Source: Octopus vulgaris (Eukaryota). From it: 64,000 nt of DNA. Below the pieces are notes generated by a model. That model was not told the DNA's origin, ran no database searches, and saw nothing but the letters and a program-made list of their open reading frames with translations. Where the stretch lies: the NCBI GenBank assembly GCA_951406725.2, contig OX597817.1, positions 66,340,001-66,404,000 of the forward strand, read 5' to 3'. Shown in pieces: positions 1-12,716 of this stretch. Positions within the stretch are counted from its first letter, which is position 1, and each line of letters starts with the position of its first letter. Both the position numbers and the translations under genes were made by a program.

Positions 1-240
1 AATGCGTGCGGCAACTTGAAGATCCACCCACCACACGCGATAGACTGGCGGTTGCATGGGCGCGAAAGCTACGTTGTTACCCTCATTCCGTAAACGGTGG
101 CTTTTAACGAGTGGAGAGCTGAACCATCCTGGGATACAGAGGATTCTCAATCTAGACTAGGGTCTGAAAGCTTACCACACCTTAGTGGCAGAAGTAGGAA
201 GAAAGTGTGAGAGAAAGTTGTGGTGAAAGAGTACAGCGGG

Positions 241-362
241 GTCAACTTTGTCTTTCATCCTTTCGGGGTTGATAAAATAAGTACCAGTGATGAACTGGGG
301 TCGATGTAATCACCTTAACACCTCCCCCAATTTGCTGGCCTTGTGCCAAAATTTGAAACCAA
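241..362 (+). mobile_element. SINE family A, 3' fragment
   Basis: gtcaactttgtctttcatcctttcggggttgataaaataagtaccagt...ggccttgtgccaaaatttgaaacc matches the body/tail of the SINE repeated throughout the window. Confidence 0.75.
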
Positions 363-714
363 CGTTCTATAATAAGTGTAGGATTTGAACGGTTCTATTA
401 TTTTCATGCTACCACTGAAAGTCAGTGAACGTCTCAAGGCCATCAAATGCAGGAAAATAACAATATTTCCATATTAACTGATTTGTTCCATTTGCCTGAT
501 TTTTCTTCCGAGCAGGAACATTGCCATACTGACGCATCTGTTTCTATCGCTACTGCGGCGCTGTTGCTGTTTTTTTTTTTTTTACTGCTTTTGTAAGCTT
601 TCTTTTGTAAAGAAGACTGGTAATGATGCATTTAATTCTATCTTAAATTGGAATTTACACTAACACGTTATGGCGCACTCACATGCATACGTATGCATAC
701 ACGTTTTCTCGTGA

Positions 715-1030
715 GCACGCATGCATATATATATATATATATGCGTATGTGCGTTGTTTGTATATGTATGTATGTATGTTTGTTTGTATGTATGTATGTA
801 TGTATGTATGTATGTATGTATGTATGTATGTATGTATGCATGTATGTATATATGTATGTATGTATGTATATATATGTATGTATATATAGATAGATATATA
901 TGCATGTATAAATATATATATGTATCTATGTATAAATATATATATGTATATATTTGTATATATATGTATGTGTGTGTGTGTGTGTGCGTATACATATATA
1001 TGTATATATATATATACATGCATGTATTAT
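715..1030. repeat. Compound (TA)n/(TATG)n/(TG)n microsatellite
   Basis: Directly visible; explains the overlapping MYVC/HTYI ORFs. Confidence 0.95.
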
Positions 1031-2305
1031 GTACATGTACACATGCACAAGTCTACTTCTCTCTCGTCCTTTTCCCTCCCCTTCTCTCTCTCTTTCTCTC
1101 TTGCTATTCTCTCGCATAAACCCACTTTACTGCGCATATTATCCCACCTTTACACACACACACTCACCCATACACACATTTTTCACACGTGTACTTGCAT
1201 ATGTACACAAGACAATGCAACAGAACTAATTGCCTTCTGCCATCATTTCCTTTTCTTAGCAACCTGTTTGAGGTTGCCATGGATTTATTTTCGTCTTTTT
1301 AAAAATATTTTTAATTAGCAGAATCAGTAAGATGCCGGATAAAATAGTTTGCAATTCTAAACTACGTCTCTTTACGAACTGTATATAAATCACGCCGGAG
1401 CTGATTTTGTTATTAACCCTTCGGGCTGAGATGGTGTGAGCAGGGTAAATAATATACACACCGTTCAAGTATTATGGTTTAACTTAATGGGCAACACGTC
1501 TTGCACACATTTTTTTCTCGTACCAATGTTAAAAGACATTGGATGACAGAATCTGGACAGATTATACAGATATATATATATAACGACTGATATATAGCAG
1601 ATAAATGAGAGGAGGAAAAAATATTATCAACTGAAATGGCTCTTTTATTGTTATTATCATCGTTACAATATAAGATACCCGTTCGAGTTGTTATACATAG
1701 ATTATTTGCCGTTCTGTTATCCGTTCTCTAGGTAGTTAACTTTATCTTTTGTTGGCTGCTAGAAGAGAAAATGGAAAAAGGAGAGAGATAAAGTAAGAGA
1801 ATTTAGACAAGTAGAGAAGGAGAAAGCTGCGACTTAGTGCGATGACTGGCCATACATGAAGTGTTCTTCGGTTAGGTACCAAGCAACCAAAGAGAGAGAA
1901 CCGATTTGGGGTTTCGTGTTTATATATTTTCTAAATTAGGCCATGACAAACAGAGAATTTTCTATTTCCTATTTGCCCTGGCCAAAGTTTCAGGCGAAAG
2001 GTTAACAATAGGCAGGTTAACAATAGACACTCGTGAGTTTCTTAGTGCAAAAGCCTTGAACAATAGGAAAGAACTTCTAGGAAAATGTAGTTTCGGTTTT
2101 GGATCCTGGCTTAAAATTTAGGAAGCTATTCGTTACACATAGTTGTGTCTCATCACGATCTGAATTCAAATCTCACCGAAGTCTATTCTGCCTTTTTCCC
2201 CCTTTCCTTTTGATAAAAACAAACGCGAGTCAAGTGCTGAAAATAGATTCCAACGACTACACTCCCTTCTTAAAATGTGTGACATTATCCATTATCTGTG
2301 ACACA

Positions 2306-2514
2306 TAATCTGGTAATCTGCACGGTCTATAAATTCGTGACCCTCAAGGTCCATAAATTATCGATCTGTACGGTTTGTGAACTGATGATTTGTACAGTCC
2401 ATAATATCGTAATCTGTGCAGTTCATAAATTCTTGATCTCTACAGTTCATAAACTGTGATCTACACAGGTCATAAATTCATGATCTGCACAGTTCATAAA
2501 CTGATGATCTATAT
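2306..2514. repeat. Degenerate ~23-24 bp minisatellite (gatctgcacagttcataaattc-like, ~8 units)
   Basis: Recurring gatct...ca(g)ttcataaa units ending at the hAT insertion site. Confidence 0.75.
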
Positions 2515-2639
2515 CAGTGCTTTTCAGTCTTTCTGCTAGAGTGGAACCCCAAGGAAACATTCCACTGCTTCCATACCCACACAAAGTTTCGCAAACTGCC
2601 GACATTTAAGTGGCCTCATTTTGAAGTAATTATCTATTT

Positions 2640-3586
2640 TCACTACCATATCCAATGCAGATTTTGTTTTTGTGCGATTTGTACAAAGCCTTTGAGACAT
2701 CCTGTCATTGCAGGGGCACCATTTGTACAAATACCAACGCAGTTTTTCCAGTTCAATCCACAATACTCTAAATATGAATTTAAAACATCAAATATATCTT
2801 ATCCTTTTCTTGTTTCTGGCAACTCTTTGCAACGCAGGACGTCTTCTACAATAGCTTCATCATTAGTAAAACGAACAAGGAGCTGTGATTTACCAGTGAT
2901 GTCTGTACTTTCATCAACTTGAAGTGCAAACAACTTATGTTTCAGTGTTTTTGACTTAATATTGCACTTATGTTGTCAGAAAGTGGAATTTTATTTAGCT
3001 CTGATACGGCATCCTCTCCAAACATTATCCTCACTATATCCTGGCATGCAGGTAAAATTACAGTTTCAGCGATGGTATGAAATTTCATTTTTCTTGCAAC
3101 TATCTCCGCCACAGCATAACTTGCTTCTTGTCCTTTGTCACTCAACTTGAACTTTTTGGCAAACATAGAAACTTGCCTTTTATTAAATGCTAATTCTCTT
3201 TTAAAATATTGTTCATTTTTGCCTGACGAATCTGGATGTTTAGTCGTTAAGTGTCGTTTCAGTTTGGCTGGTGCCATAGCACTATTAGCCAGCTTCTCCC
3301 CAGAAACAGTACACAAAGGTGAAGAGCAGTCTGGGTTTCCAGTCCAAGTAAATCCCAGAGCTATGTAGTTTTCACAATATTGACGAACTTTTAGTTGTGG
3401 GTTAATTCCATCATTTCTTGGTAATTTCGACGAAGCAGCATCACTGGCAGTGGCTGCAGCTTCAACAGAGTGCCTCAGACCCTGCGTCTCTTCATCTGTA
3501 TCTAACTTAAGTTTTTTTTTTTTCGGAAATCTATCCATACTTGTAAGGCTGTAAGCAGAATTGTATATATATATATATAAAAGCAA
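2640..3586 (-). pseudogene. hAT Charlie/Buster transposase pseudogene (ZBED8/SCAND3-like N-terminal half)
   Basis: RQYCENYIALGFTWTGNPDCSSPLC...LANSAMAPAKLKRHLTTKH (BED-like finger), ASYAVAEIVARKMKFHTIAETVILPAC, KIPLSDN; after a frameshift FALQVDESTDITG and GICTNGAPAMTG; stop codons; C-terminus missing. Confidence 0.88.
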
Positions 3587-3690
3587 ACCTAATAGTGGCA
3601 GGACAAAATGATCATTAAAGTGTAACGAGTTTAATGATGTAAAATTTAGCTTTTTTTATTAATGTTTTTTAGTAAAAGGTATTTTTTTTT

Positions 3691-3885
3691 CTTTTACTTG
3701 TTTCAGTCATTTGACTGCGGCCATGCTGGAGCACCGCCTTTAGTTGAGCAAATCGACCCCGGGACTTATTCTTTGTAAGCCCAGTACTTATTCTATCGGT
3801 CTCTTTTGCCGAACCGCTAAGTGACAGGGACGTAAACACACCAGCGTCGGTTGTCAAGCAATGCTAGGGGGACAAACACAGACAT

Positions 3886-3944
<59 letters not shown>

Positions 3945-4102
3945 TATGACAGGCTTCTTTCAGTTTCCGTCTACCAAATCCACTCACAAGGCATTGGTCG
4001 GCCCGGGGCTATAGCAGAAGACACTTGCCCAAGATGCCACGCAGTGGGACTGAACCTGGAACCATGTGGTTGGTTAGCAAGCTACTTACCACTCAGCCAC
4101 TC
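3691..4102 (-). mobile_element. SINE family B (tRNA-derived, CORE-like), nested in the hAT element
   Basis: Revcomp of gagtggctgagtggtaagtagcttg...ggttcagtcccactgcgtggcatcttgggcaagtgtctt...gactgaaacaagtaaaag; internal (CA)/(TA) tract; same family as 40700-41100. Confidence 0.88.
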
Positions 4103-5794
4103 AAACAATATGCATATAATAATAAAATAGATTTTCGGATTTGAATTTAAAATGTCATTTATTTGTTCATTGTTCTAATTCAGAAATTTGTAAGAAATTA
4201 ATATTTATGCATGTTTACATATTTTATAATTTAGTATCAGTTTCCCTATTTCTTTTTTTTTTCTACATAATTCAACTCTCTTTCGAATTTTTTAATCTTG
4301 ACATTTGACCAAATATTAACAGACGTCATACAAGAAAAAGATTTTACAAAAACGCCTTTTAAAAAGCTAAAGATCTTTTAAAAGGTGTATTAACAACAAT
4401 ACCTAAATGGCTTACGCAGTTAAAATGTTTCTTCCAAATATAGTCACTCGTATTTTACAAAAGAAAACTAAACCATCATCTAAGCTGGCATGCAACTCAT
4501 AGATGTGCACGTACATGTACACACCAAGGATCAGGGTCATCTACGCTGGTGAGTAACTCGTAGTTGTACACGTCGTAGGCTTACATATACACACCAAGGA
4601 TCCGGGTCATCTACGCTGGCGTGCAAATCGTAGATGTACACGTAGGCCTAACATGTACATAGATATCTGCACAGGATAATTAAAAATTACTGTCGATTTT
4701 AGCATTTATGTAACTTCTTGCGAAACCCCTGGACTGTATTGACGAAACCCCTGGACTGTATTGGCGAAACCCGAAGGTTCCGCGGAACCCTGGTTGAAAA
4801 CCACTGATCTATATGATCTATATGTAAGTAAATTTTTCGATGCTCATTATCATAAAAAAATTTCGAGTGTTTCATTTATGGAGTGTAATCAAATTTTTAC
4901 TTCGTTAACTTAGTGAATACGTTTTCGCAACTAATTTGATTGAATGTCGGAGTTAAGCCAAGTATATATTCATTTCTTATTCAACTATTGTAAAGTTTAC
5001 ACACTACACATGGGATTTCATATACCATTTTTCATAATCATCTACAAAGTGGCAACGAAAAATTCGGTATAAGATATTATGAAGCTTCAATTTCCAATAG
5101 ATAGCTTTACTCTAAATAGTGAGTGCTCTCCATTGCATTTACCGAATACGGAAGCAGCTGAGAAGACACTTCTTACATGACTTTCCAGAAGTGCTACGAG
5201 AACTTGAATTTATATCAAGATGAAATTGAAGTTTGTGCAATTCTGATTTTAAGTCTCTTTGTTGCAAACTCTTTATTCAAAGCGCGCTCGAAGTTTTGGA
5301 TAAAAGACTATTTCTTTGATAAGATCTTGTTTTTTCAAACTTAGCCGATCGTATGTGTCTGCTAGCACTTCTTCTTGCAATCCGTTTTTCATGAGTTATG
5401 CCAAACGCTGCGTGTTCTTTCAAAGAAATATTCTGCCTTTTACTATTTAATAATTGTAAAATAATCTTTTGATTTATTATTCAACGAAACACTTCTATCA
5501 TTCTTATCAACTCTGTCGCACATGTGTTTCTTTTGTTATGATGTTTTCATGAATACACTATATATTGCAAAATCGACTCTTTTTATCATTGTACGTCTGG
5601 TTCACTGCTTCAATGAAATTTCTCGCTGTTTTAAATAATGTTTTTAGTGGTGAAAGTGAAATAGTCAATGACATGAAAGCGACGCTGGTTGGGTCCAAGA
5701 AGCGTAGCTGTATTCTGGATGCAAGAGCATGTAATATTCGTTTGGGAGCAGAAAAAAGACACGGATTTGGTATTAGGAGGGTTAGAAGAACAAA

Positions 5795-6085
5795 TCACCT
5801 GGATCACCTGGATCGGCCAGGCTGTTTGGCGCCGAGTCGGCTCCCTGGCTACAACATTTTCTCCATTCCCCTCGTGCTGTCGCCATTCTCCTCCACGTTA
5901 TTTCAAACGTCTTTCTTAAATCATCTTTCCACCTGATTGGAGGTCTTCCGAGAGGTCTCTTCCGTCCACACGGGTACTATTCAACAACTGCACGCGTCCA
6001 ACGATTGTCTGTGAACCTTGCGACATGACCGGCCCACCGTAGCTTTACGTGGAGGTAATCTGCGACGACGTCCTTCACTCCAGAT
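5795..6085 (-). mobile_element. RTE-clade LINE 3' fragment
   Basis: Minus strand translates KLRWAGHVARFTDNRWTRAVVE*YPCGRKRPLGRPPIRWKDDL; short tandem tail (ggatcacct)n at ~5795-5815. Confidence 0.8.
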
Positions 6086-6089
6086 CTAT

Positions 6090-7680
6090 CTCAGGTTGCA
6101 TGAAGCTGCCGAGGAAACACGTCGAACAAATAGGTCACGCAAACAGGTCAACAAATAGGTCACTCATAGAATATGACGAGAATGGAAGAGTCTGAGCGGA
6201 ACAGTGCGCGAGATGGACTGTTGAAGAGATAAGGTTATTAAGTTGGAAAGTCAAGGACAAGCTAAGTGTGGGCGTGAATGCAGAGATGCGATCAATGTTA
6301 CGGGTGCGGAAGAGGGCATTATTGATATGAGTATGGAGATAAAATCTATGCACAAATCGGAGAACCATCAGGTGGAACTAGGTTTCAAAATTGTGGTGAA
6401 GGCGTACCAACTGTGAGTGAGGGATAGAAGATTTAGAGTGGTTGGGGTGAGAAAAAAGAGTTGGTTGGTTTATAGAAAATAGATGTGGAGAGCATGAGAG
6501 AGAGGGAGAGAGAGGGGAAGAGAGAGAGAGAGAGAGAGAGAGAAAGAAAGAAAGAGGGTGATTTGAATAATCGATGGTGACAGAGATGTCAAGAAAATGA
6601 CAGAGAAGGAGGAAATGGTAGAAGTGAACTCAAGGGCTTGTAGTGATCCTATAACGGTGCGCGCGCGCACACCGTCCATTTTCTATTTCGCGCGTGCGAG
6701 TGTTGGTGCCTTCACCAAGGCACAGAAAGGAAGGGCCCTCTCGCGCATGCGCGAACCACCGGAAGCACGACCCTTTTGCCTACGTGGTAGTTAGCCAAGG
6801 CAAGGGGGTCGTAGAACGTTTGACCGCTAGCAGCAGTCAGCGGGGACTTGGGACATGGCTATCGAAGGTACTACACGTATATTCTATCTGTCCAGCTCTG
6901 ATAGCAGTCGGCCGAAGGCCTTTAACCAAATTGTTGCCGACCACATTCATCAGCTCCCTGTTCCGGACGCCATCTTTAACCCGTTCCGTTTTTGGCGGCT
7001 GAACATTGTAAATATTACAATCGATTAACTTTCAGCCTTGCGCGCCCAGAACCAAGGACATCAGATAACCACTTATTGTTACTGTTACCAAGAAAGAGAA
7101 TAAAGTAGTATATATATCTTTTACGTCTGCGTCTTGTTGTTTCTGACTGGTAGAGAATCTGGATTATTAAAGCAACGGCTAGTGATTGCTTACTTGTACC
7201 CCGAAAGTACAAGAGAAGATATATTCACTCACGAAGTTCGTTACAGGCTGGATGGAAACAGTCGAAGTTGATGAATGTGGTCACAGCTGAGTATGGGTAA
7301 GAGATGTGGCTCCGATGCAATCATCGAGTTATATACCATATATTTCAGGAGTAAGAACACTGACTTGAGCTTCGACATAATCTGCAAAAATTTAGCGTAG
7401 CTCAGGCTTTTTTTTAGTCTCCATGGTTACCCAGGTGATCTGTTAGGAAAATGTGCCGTTGAAATAGAAACAATTCGATGTACGAACAAGCTCAAGCTCA
7501 TGAAGGCAGGAGAGAATAGAGGTACTGAGGTTGAGAGCTTTGCTCCGGTCTAAGAAGTACTTGAGAGTGAGAAGACCAGATCTTGAATAGACAGAGAAGA
7601 AAGAAAACGGACGTCTCGTTGATATATTCGCATACTTGAATTTCGTGGATGCTCTGACGCTGGCTGACATTAATGACTGA
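6090..7680 (-). pseudogene. Degenerate Penelope-like element RT region, split by a solo LTR
   Basis: Minus-strand fragments LKYFLDRS..ELVRTSNCFYFNG, DYVEAQ..TPEIYG..LDDCIGATSL, FHPALEFTSTISSFSVIF.., NALFRTRNIDRISAF align by eye with the PLE ORF at 31012-32340. Confidence 0.8.
6639..7245 (+). mobile_element. Solo LTR (Gypsy-type)
   Basis: TGTAGTGA...TCGTTACA termini; 4-bp TSD ggct at 6635-6638 and 7246-7249; AATAAA near 7099; removing it restores the PLE codons FHPA|LEFTST. Confidence 0.85.
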
Positions 7681-8084
7681 AGGTTTTGTATTTTATCCTG
7701 ATTTGAGATAAGAAATAGTTAAATGTGAAGATTCAAACAATTCGAATTGTTATTTTATGGAATAAGCAAGCGAATTACTTTTTCGTTGGTCACGTAGAGA
7801 ACGACAAGTGGAAATAAGAAGAATCTTTGCTAAGCTAGTATTCATTTGATTAACGTTTCATACTTTATACTATGTTGTTTATTTTAATCGATGTAATGTT
7901 TGAACTATTTATCTTGTTGAATTTCTTTCTACAATATTCTCTGGCTTGATTAAATAGTTTGTTTGTTCACCTCTTGTTAAATAGTGTTTATTTGATTATA
8001 TACAACTCATCTGTTATTGGTATGCTGTCAATGTTTATATGTAGAAATATTGCTAGTGTATTCCTAGAGATTTATTATATTCAA

Positions 8085-8442
8085 GGCGGCGAGCTGACAG
8101 AAACGTTAGCAAGCCGGATGAAATGCTTAGCGGTATTTCGTCTGTCGCTACGTTCGGAGTTCAAATTCCGCCCAGGTCGACTTTGCCTTTCATCCTTTAG
8201 GAGTCGATAAATTAAGTACCAGTTACGCACTGGGGTCGATGTAATCGACTTAATCCGTTTGTCTGTCCTTGTTTGTCCTCTCTGTGTTTAGCCCCTTGTA
8301 GGTAGTAAAGAAATAGGTATTTCGTCCGCCTTTACATTCAGAGTTCAAATTCCGCCGAAGTCGACTTTTCCTTTCATCCTTTCATCCTGTTCTTGTTTGT
8401 CCCCTCTATGTTTAACCCCTTGTGGACAATAAAGAAACAATA
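8085..8442 (+). mobile_element. SINE family A (tRNA-derived), with internal duplication
   Basis: ggcggcgagctgacagaaacgttagc head, gagttcaaattcc B-box-like motif; 21-bp TSD ctagagatttattatattcaa (8064-8084 / 8443-8463). Confidence 0.9.
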
Positions 8443-8739
8443 CTAGAGATTTATTATATTCAAATCTCTCTCACTCTTTCCCTTACCCCCTCCGCCCTCT
8501 CACCTTTTTCTCGCACTGTCTTGGAAGTCAGCGAATTTTTATATATTTATTTATATATACTTGAAACTGGCAATTTTGATAAGCAGCAAAATACTACAAA
8601 ATACTAGTATCTGTCAATCTCATTCACTTCCAGAGCGGCTTCGTTTCGCCTAGGTTTGAGGTATACTGTGTTTGTTTGTTTTTTTTTAACTCTATACGAC
8701 TTTAAAGGGATGTTTCTCTGACGAAAAACCGCAGCTCCT

Positions 8740-8990
8740 GGCGTTTTAAAAACACGCATACATAATGTATGTGATATTGATAATGTTTACATTATAGACT
8801 TGCTTCTAACCCATAATTATATCTGTGGCTGTGCGGAGAGAAGCTTGCGTTTTAAAAACACCATACATTATGTATGTGATATTGATAATGTTTACATTAT
8901 TGACCTACTTCTAACACATAATTATATATGTGGGTGTGTGGTAAGAAGCCTTGTGAGTGGATTTGGTAGACGAAAACTGAAATAAGCCCG
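8740..8990 (+). repeat. ~107-bp tandem duplication followed by a SINE B fragment
   Basis: gcgttttaaaaacac...ttctaacccataattatat occurs twice, then gccttgtgagtggatttggtagacg. Confidence 0.7.
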
Positions 8991-9117
<127 letters not shown>

Positions 9118-9254
9118 CCCGGCGTTGCCCGTGTTACATGCAATTGAAGAATTAGACTTTTCTGTTATATTTTCTCTAATGAACTGGAATATCTATGATT
9201 CGAATTTCATCAAAATTACAGGTGAGGGTTCTTTCTCTCTGTAAACACCCTAAA

Positions 9255-9625
9255 GAAATTGTCACCCATAATTATGACCCTAGAATCGATCTATTGCATT
9301 TCAATCTATTTTAGATTTAGGGTTAGGGGTTGGGTAGGGTATCTTTTTTTTCTTCACAAATGTAAATAAACCCAATGTGCTTCTTAAACGAGGGACATAT
9401 TCATACGGCACAGAATGCTTTTAAACTCAATAGACGCCAGTGATTGTTTGAAATTGCAGAAATTGAAGAAATTAAAGACCAAATACCTTACAAACTATAG
9501 AATTTTCTCAATAAAGCCAAGAGAAAAAGATGTTTTATAAACACGTTCTACCAGTATACGAAGTTTAAAATTTTTTAGTTATCTAGAAATTATGTTAAAA
9601 ACTGCCGTTCAAACTGAAAAGATCC
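9255..9625 (-). mobile_element. Truncated non-autonomous TIR element of the GGATCTTTTC family
   Basis: Ends in aaactgccgttcaaactgaaaagatcc and contains ttctaccagtatacgaagttt, both shared with the termini of 21659-22939. Confidence 0.65.
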
Positions 9626-9854
9626 TCTTTATGTTTTTGTGTTTTATTTACTTTGTTTTAAAAAAATTATTTACTTTGTGTAAAAAAATTATTTATTTTG
9701 TGTTTTATTTACTTTGCTTGGTAGTCGTTGTAGGATCGACTAGTCACGACTAGCTAGCGCGGATGCACGAGTACGCGAGTGCGCGCACCGGGACCGCTCT
9801 TCTTAAGTAGCACCAATTTAGCCATTTCTCCATAGATTGAAAAAAAGATGAACA

Positions 9855-9897
9855 ACCTTAATCGATTTTCGAACTTTATTGGGTTCTCATCAGAGGC
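9855..9897 (-). ncRNA. Minimal type I hammerhead ribozyme motif
   Basis: Minus strand: gcct CTGATGA gaac-ccaataaa-gttc GAAA atcgat TA aggt; canonical core, 4-bp stem II, palindromic stem III, UUA cleavage triplet, 4-bp stem I with one G-U pair. Confidence 0.7.
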
Positions 9898-11349
9898 GTA
9901 GTGATTCAAACATGAAAAATAGAACTCATGTTGAGTCAGACTCAAATAATAAGTATAGATTTATTGATCGGCGAAAGTTACACAGTGACTGAAGGTTCGA
10001 GTGTTTTCTATATAAAACGAAAAAGCAGGACAGTATCGGAAACAAATACGACGCAGATACTAGTTTATATATACTCAGGAAGACTTTCGATTGATAATAC
10101 GACAGAATTAAGGCAAGATAAAAAATGAAAGTCGTCGATATATATGGCATTCTGCTTAAACTACGTCTTTAAGATACGATTTGTTAGTAGTAACACTAAA
10201 AGTAAACTATTTCCTAAGGAACTCAAGAGAAGGATAAAAAGAGCAGAGAGAGGGGAATAAAGACAAAAGGAAAGTAAAGATTGAATGAAAAATGAAAAGG
10301 AAAAATCAAGGCTGAAGTGAATGTTAGACTGTAGTTGAAAAAAAAAGCACTTATCCAGGCAGTGGTCAAGGAGATAATGGTATGGGATATTGAATGGTCG
10401 TTTTGCACCAAAAAGGTGGACGGGAGGGGGGAAAGACCCATTGACGGGGGAGTGCAAGTAGAAAGAAAGAGGAAGTGTAGAGAAGGAAGGCAATAAAGGT
10501 TGACAGGAGGTGGTTAACAGTGATGGAGAAAGAGAGAAAAGAAGATGTGTAGAGAGAAAGAACGATAGAAATAGATAGGGAATGTTTTACAAAGAAGAGG
10601 ATTGGAAAGGTTAGAAAACGGAGACAATGTCCACCAAATGTTGAAAGCTGTGTGGGGTACCACTGAGTAAAAATAGAAGCGGATGTCTGACTTTACAAAT
10701 TTATTTCGTAATTTCGGTTTGCAATTATTAATAGTTAAACGTTTCCTTTCAAGGTTTTTACTTTCAAACAACTTTTTCATGCCCATTTTGGACTTAACAA
10801 CCTATATGAGAAAATCGTTTTGACTGAAAGAATTTTGAAAGGGTTTTATTTTTAGACTGGGGTCAAAACGGTCGAATTCATTCAACCAATTACAAAGAAC
10901 TTGGGAGTGATACTGAAAGATGGAGAGAAGTATTGACAGACAGAAAGAGAGAGTTACACATTTTAACTGGGTGGCAGCTGTCTTCAATAATTCAAGTAAT
11001 GCTATATTCAAAATTAACCATACATGCTGGTTTTGTTGTTGTTATTGTTGCTGCTACTGTTGGTCATTGTCACTTATTTTTTTGTAGTTTGACACTACTT
11101 TTGTTCAGAAGTTAGTGGTCATAAACTCCCTAGGGAATTTTATGCCAGCTTCATCTCTTTTATTTATTTATTTATTTTTTGTTTTGAAACGAGAGCGAAC
11201 TTAAGTATTTTATACCGACAGATTTTAGACACTTTTCTCTGAAGCTGATAAGATTATGTAGGAGGTGCAAATTTTGATCTTGCACCCCCTGAAAATTCTA
11301 GTGGGTGCAGGCGCACCCGCTGCACCCCCTGTTCCCGGGCCCTTGCTCG

Positions 11350-12205
11350 CCCTAGTCAAACACTTAGACGGTGCCAAGTCGAGCCGTTTTAACACAAATC
11401 TAAAGGTATCCTCTGGGAAGGAGTTCATTATCCTGCACAGATCGGTTTCCAATATGACCTCCACAGCCACCTGCGAAGGCCACTCAGTGTCCTCCGTGCA
11501 GGACAGATTCCCCTCCCTTCGGCCTTTCTTTTTAAACTTCTTAATGAAGCTTTCTAGTGTCCCTCCCTTATGGAAGAGGACCACAAATTCCCCCTCCACA
11601 GCATAGGAGGGGTCTACAGTTTCCACCTTCGGTAGCACAACTTCCACCAAAGGTGCTTCGGCACACACCGGCAGTGTGTCTCAAACCACCAGTAATGTCT
11701 CGGTTTTTTTTTGTTTTTTTCCCCTTGAGCCACGGGAGGGTGGAGTTCCTCCGCTTTGTCCAGAAGATCCTCCCTCCCGCCCGCAGATTCGGATCCTTCT
11801 TTTCTTTTCTTTTTTTGCCCTTTTCGAGGAGGTTTCCACCTCCTCGACTTCCTCCTCTCTCGCTCCAATGAGGGAGCAGGGAGCGGTATCTTTATTACCT
11901 GCTCCAAGACCTTATTTTGGTCCTGAGGGCAGTTATTTTTGATATGGCCCGGTTCCAGGCACAGGTGACGCTTGGGGGTGGGGGGCGTCCATCAAGTATC
12001 ACCGGATACCTGGACCCGACCATTCTTAAAAAATCTGGGAATACAAGATTTTCGGCTGATTGGGTCCATAGGTTCAAAACAGCTTTTGACCCCTCCCAGT
12101 CAGCCGCAGGCAAGATATTTACGTTGAGGAGCTTGATACTGCTGCAACCCAGACCCCGGCAGATTGTATCCTCTATCCACTCGAGTTCAGTTCCGGGTGG
12201 CAAGC
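11350..12205 (-). pseudogene. Degenerate non-LTR retrotransposon ORF1 (gag-like, zinc knuckle)
   Basis: ...YPVILDGRPP, then after a frameshift KRHLCLEPGHIKNNCP (CX2CX4HX4C with the first C lost), followed by a K/R-rich linker; similar layout to 16720-17870. Confidence 0.65.
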
Positions 12206-12656
12206 GCCTATACAGTATTTGGCATATACAATATTTATCATTGCTTTTGCAACAGGATATGTTCTATTTCTTGATATCCTACATCTCGTTCATACAAATA
12301 TATTATAACAAAATATACAATTGCAAAACTAGGATGGTCTTTATAAACCTGTTGGTGAAGGACCGTTGTAGTTGGCCATTCAATTATAAAATCAGTATAG
12401 CTTAATCGACAGGTGAAAATTAACAATAATGGGCTTTGTGTCTGAGTGTTACGCACTGAATTCATCTCATATTTAATACAGAGCTATTGTATATATTGAG
12501 AATTACATTTCTGGAATAATTTATTACTTGCATGGAGCCCCAAGTCACCACCCCCCAGCTGTCATATGGTACATAAGTAGAAAACGAAAAGACTAGACAC
12601 AACCCACAGATCTATCTTTTCAGTTATACTATATCTCCGTTTAAACATCCGCAATA

Positions 12657-12716
12657 GGCGCAGGAGTGGATGTGTGGTAAGTAGCTTGTTTACCAACCAC
12701 ATGGTTCCGGGTTCAA
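12657..12716 (+). mobile_element. SINE family B, 5' head only
   Basis: ggcgcaggagtggatgtgtggtaagtagcttgtttaccaaccacatggttccgggttca. Confidence 0.75.

Larger units (their letters stand above)
2515..4806 (-). mobile_element. hAT (Charlie/Buster-type) DNA transposon, internally deleted
   Basis: Imperfect TIRs cagtgcttttcagtc / (revcomp) cagtggttttcaacc; exact 8-bp TSD atctatat at 2507-2514 and 4807-4814; subterminal repeats at 4475-4650 and 4721-4770; transposase remnant inside. Confidence 0.92.

Noticed and set aside
648-1318. Overlapping ORFs rich in MYVC/HTYI (also near 19151, 20716, 33739, 50561, 52343, 54823)
   Set aside because: Translations of stop-free microsatellites, not genes.
2306-2514. 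Regularly spaced repeats resembling a CRISPR array (also 4475-4650)
   Set aside because: Contiguous degenerate tandem units with no unique spacers, in a eukaryotic context with no cas genes.
4960-5680. Possible PLE ORF N-terminus on the minus strand (similar case at 10150-11000)
   Set aside because: Many stops and no diagnostic motif; similarity too weak to call.
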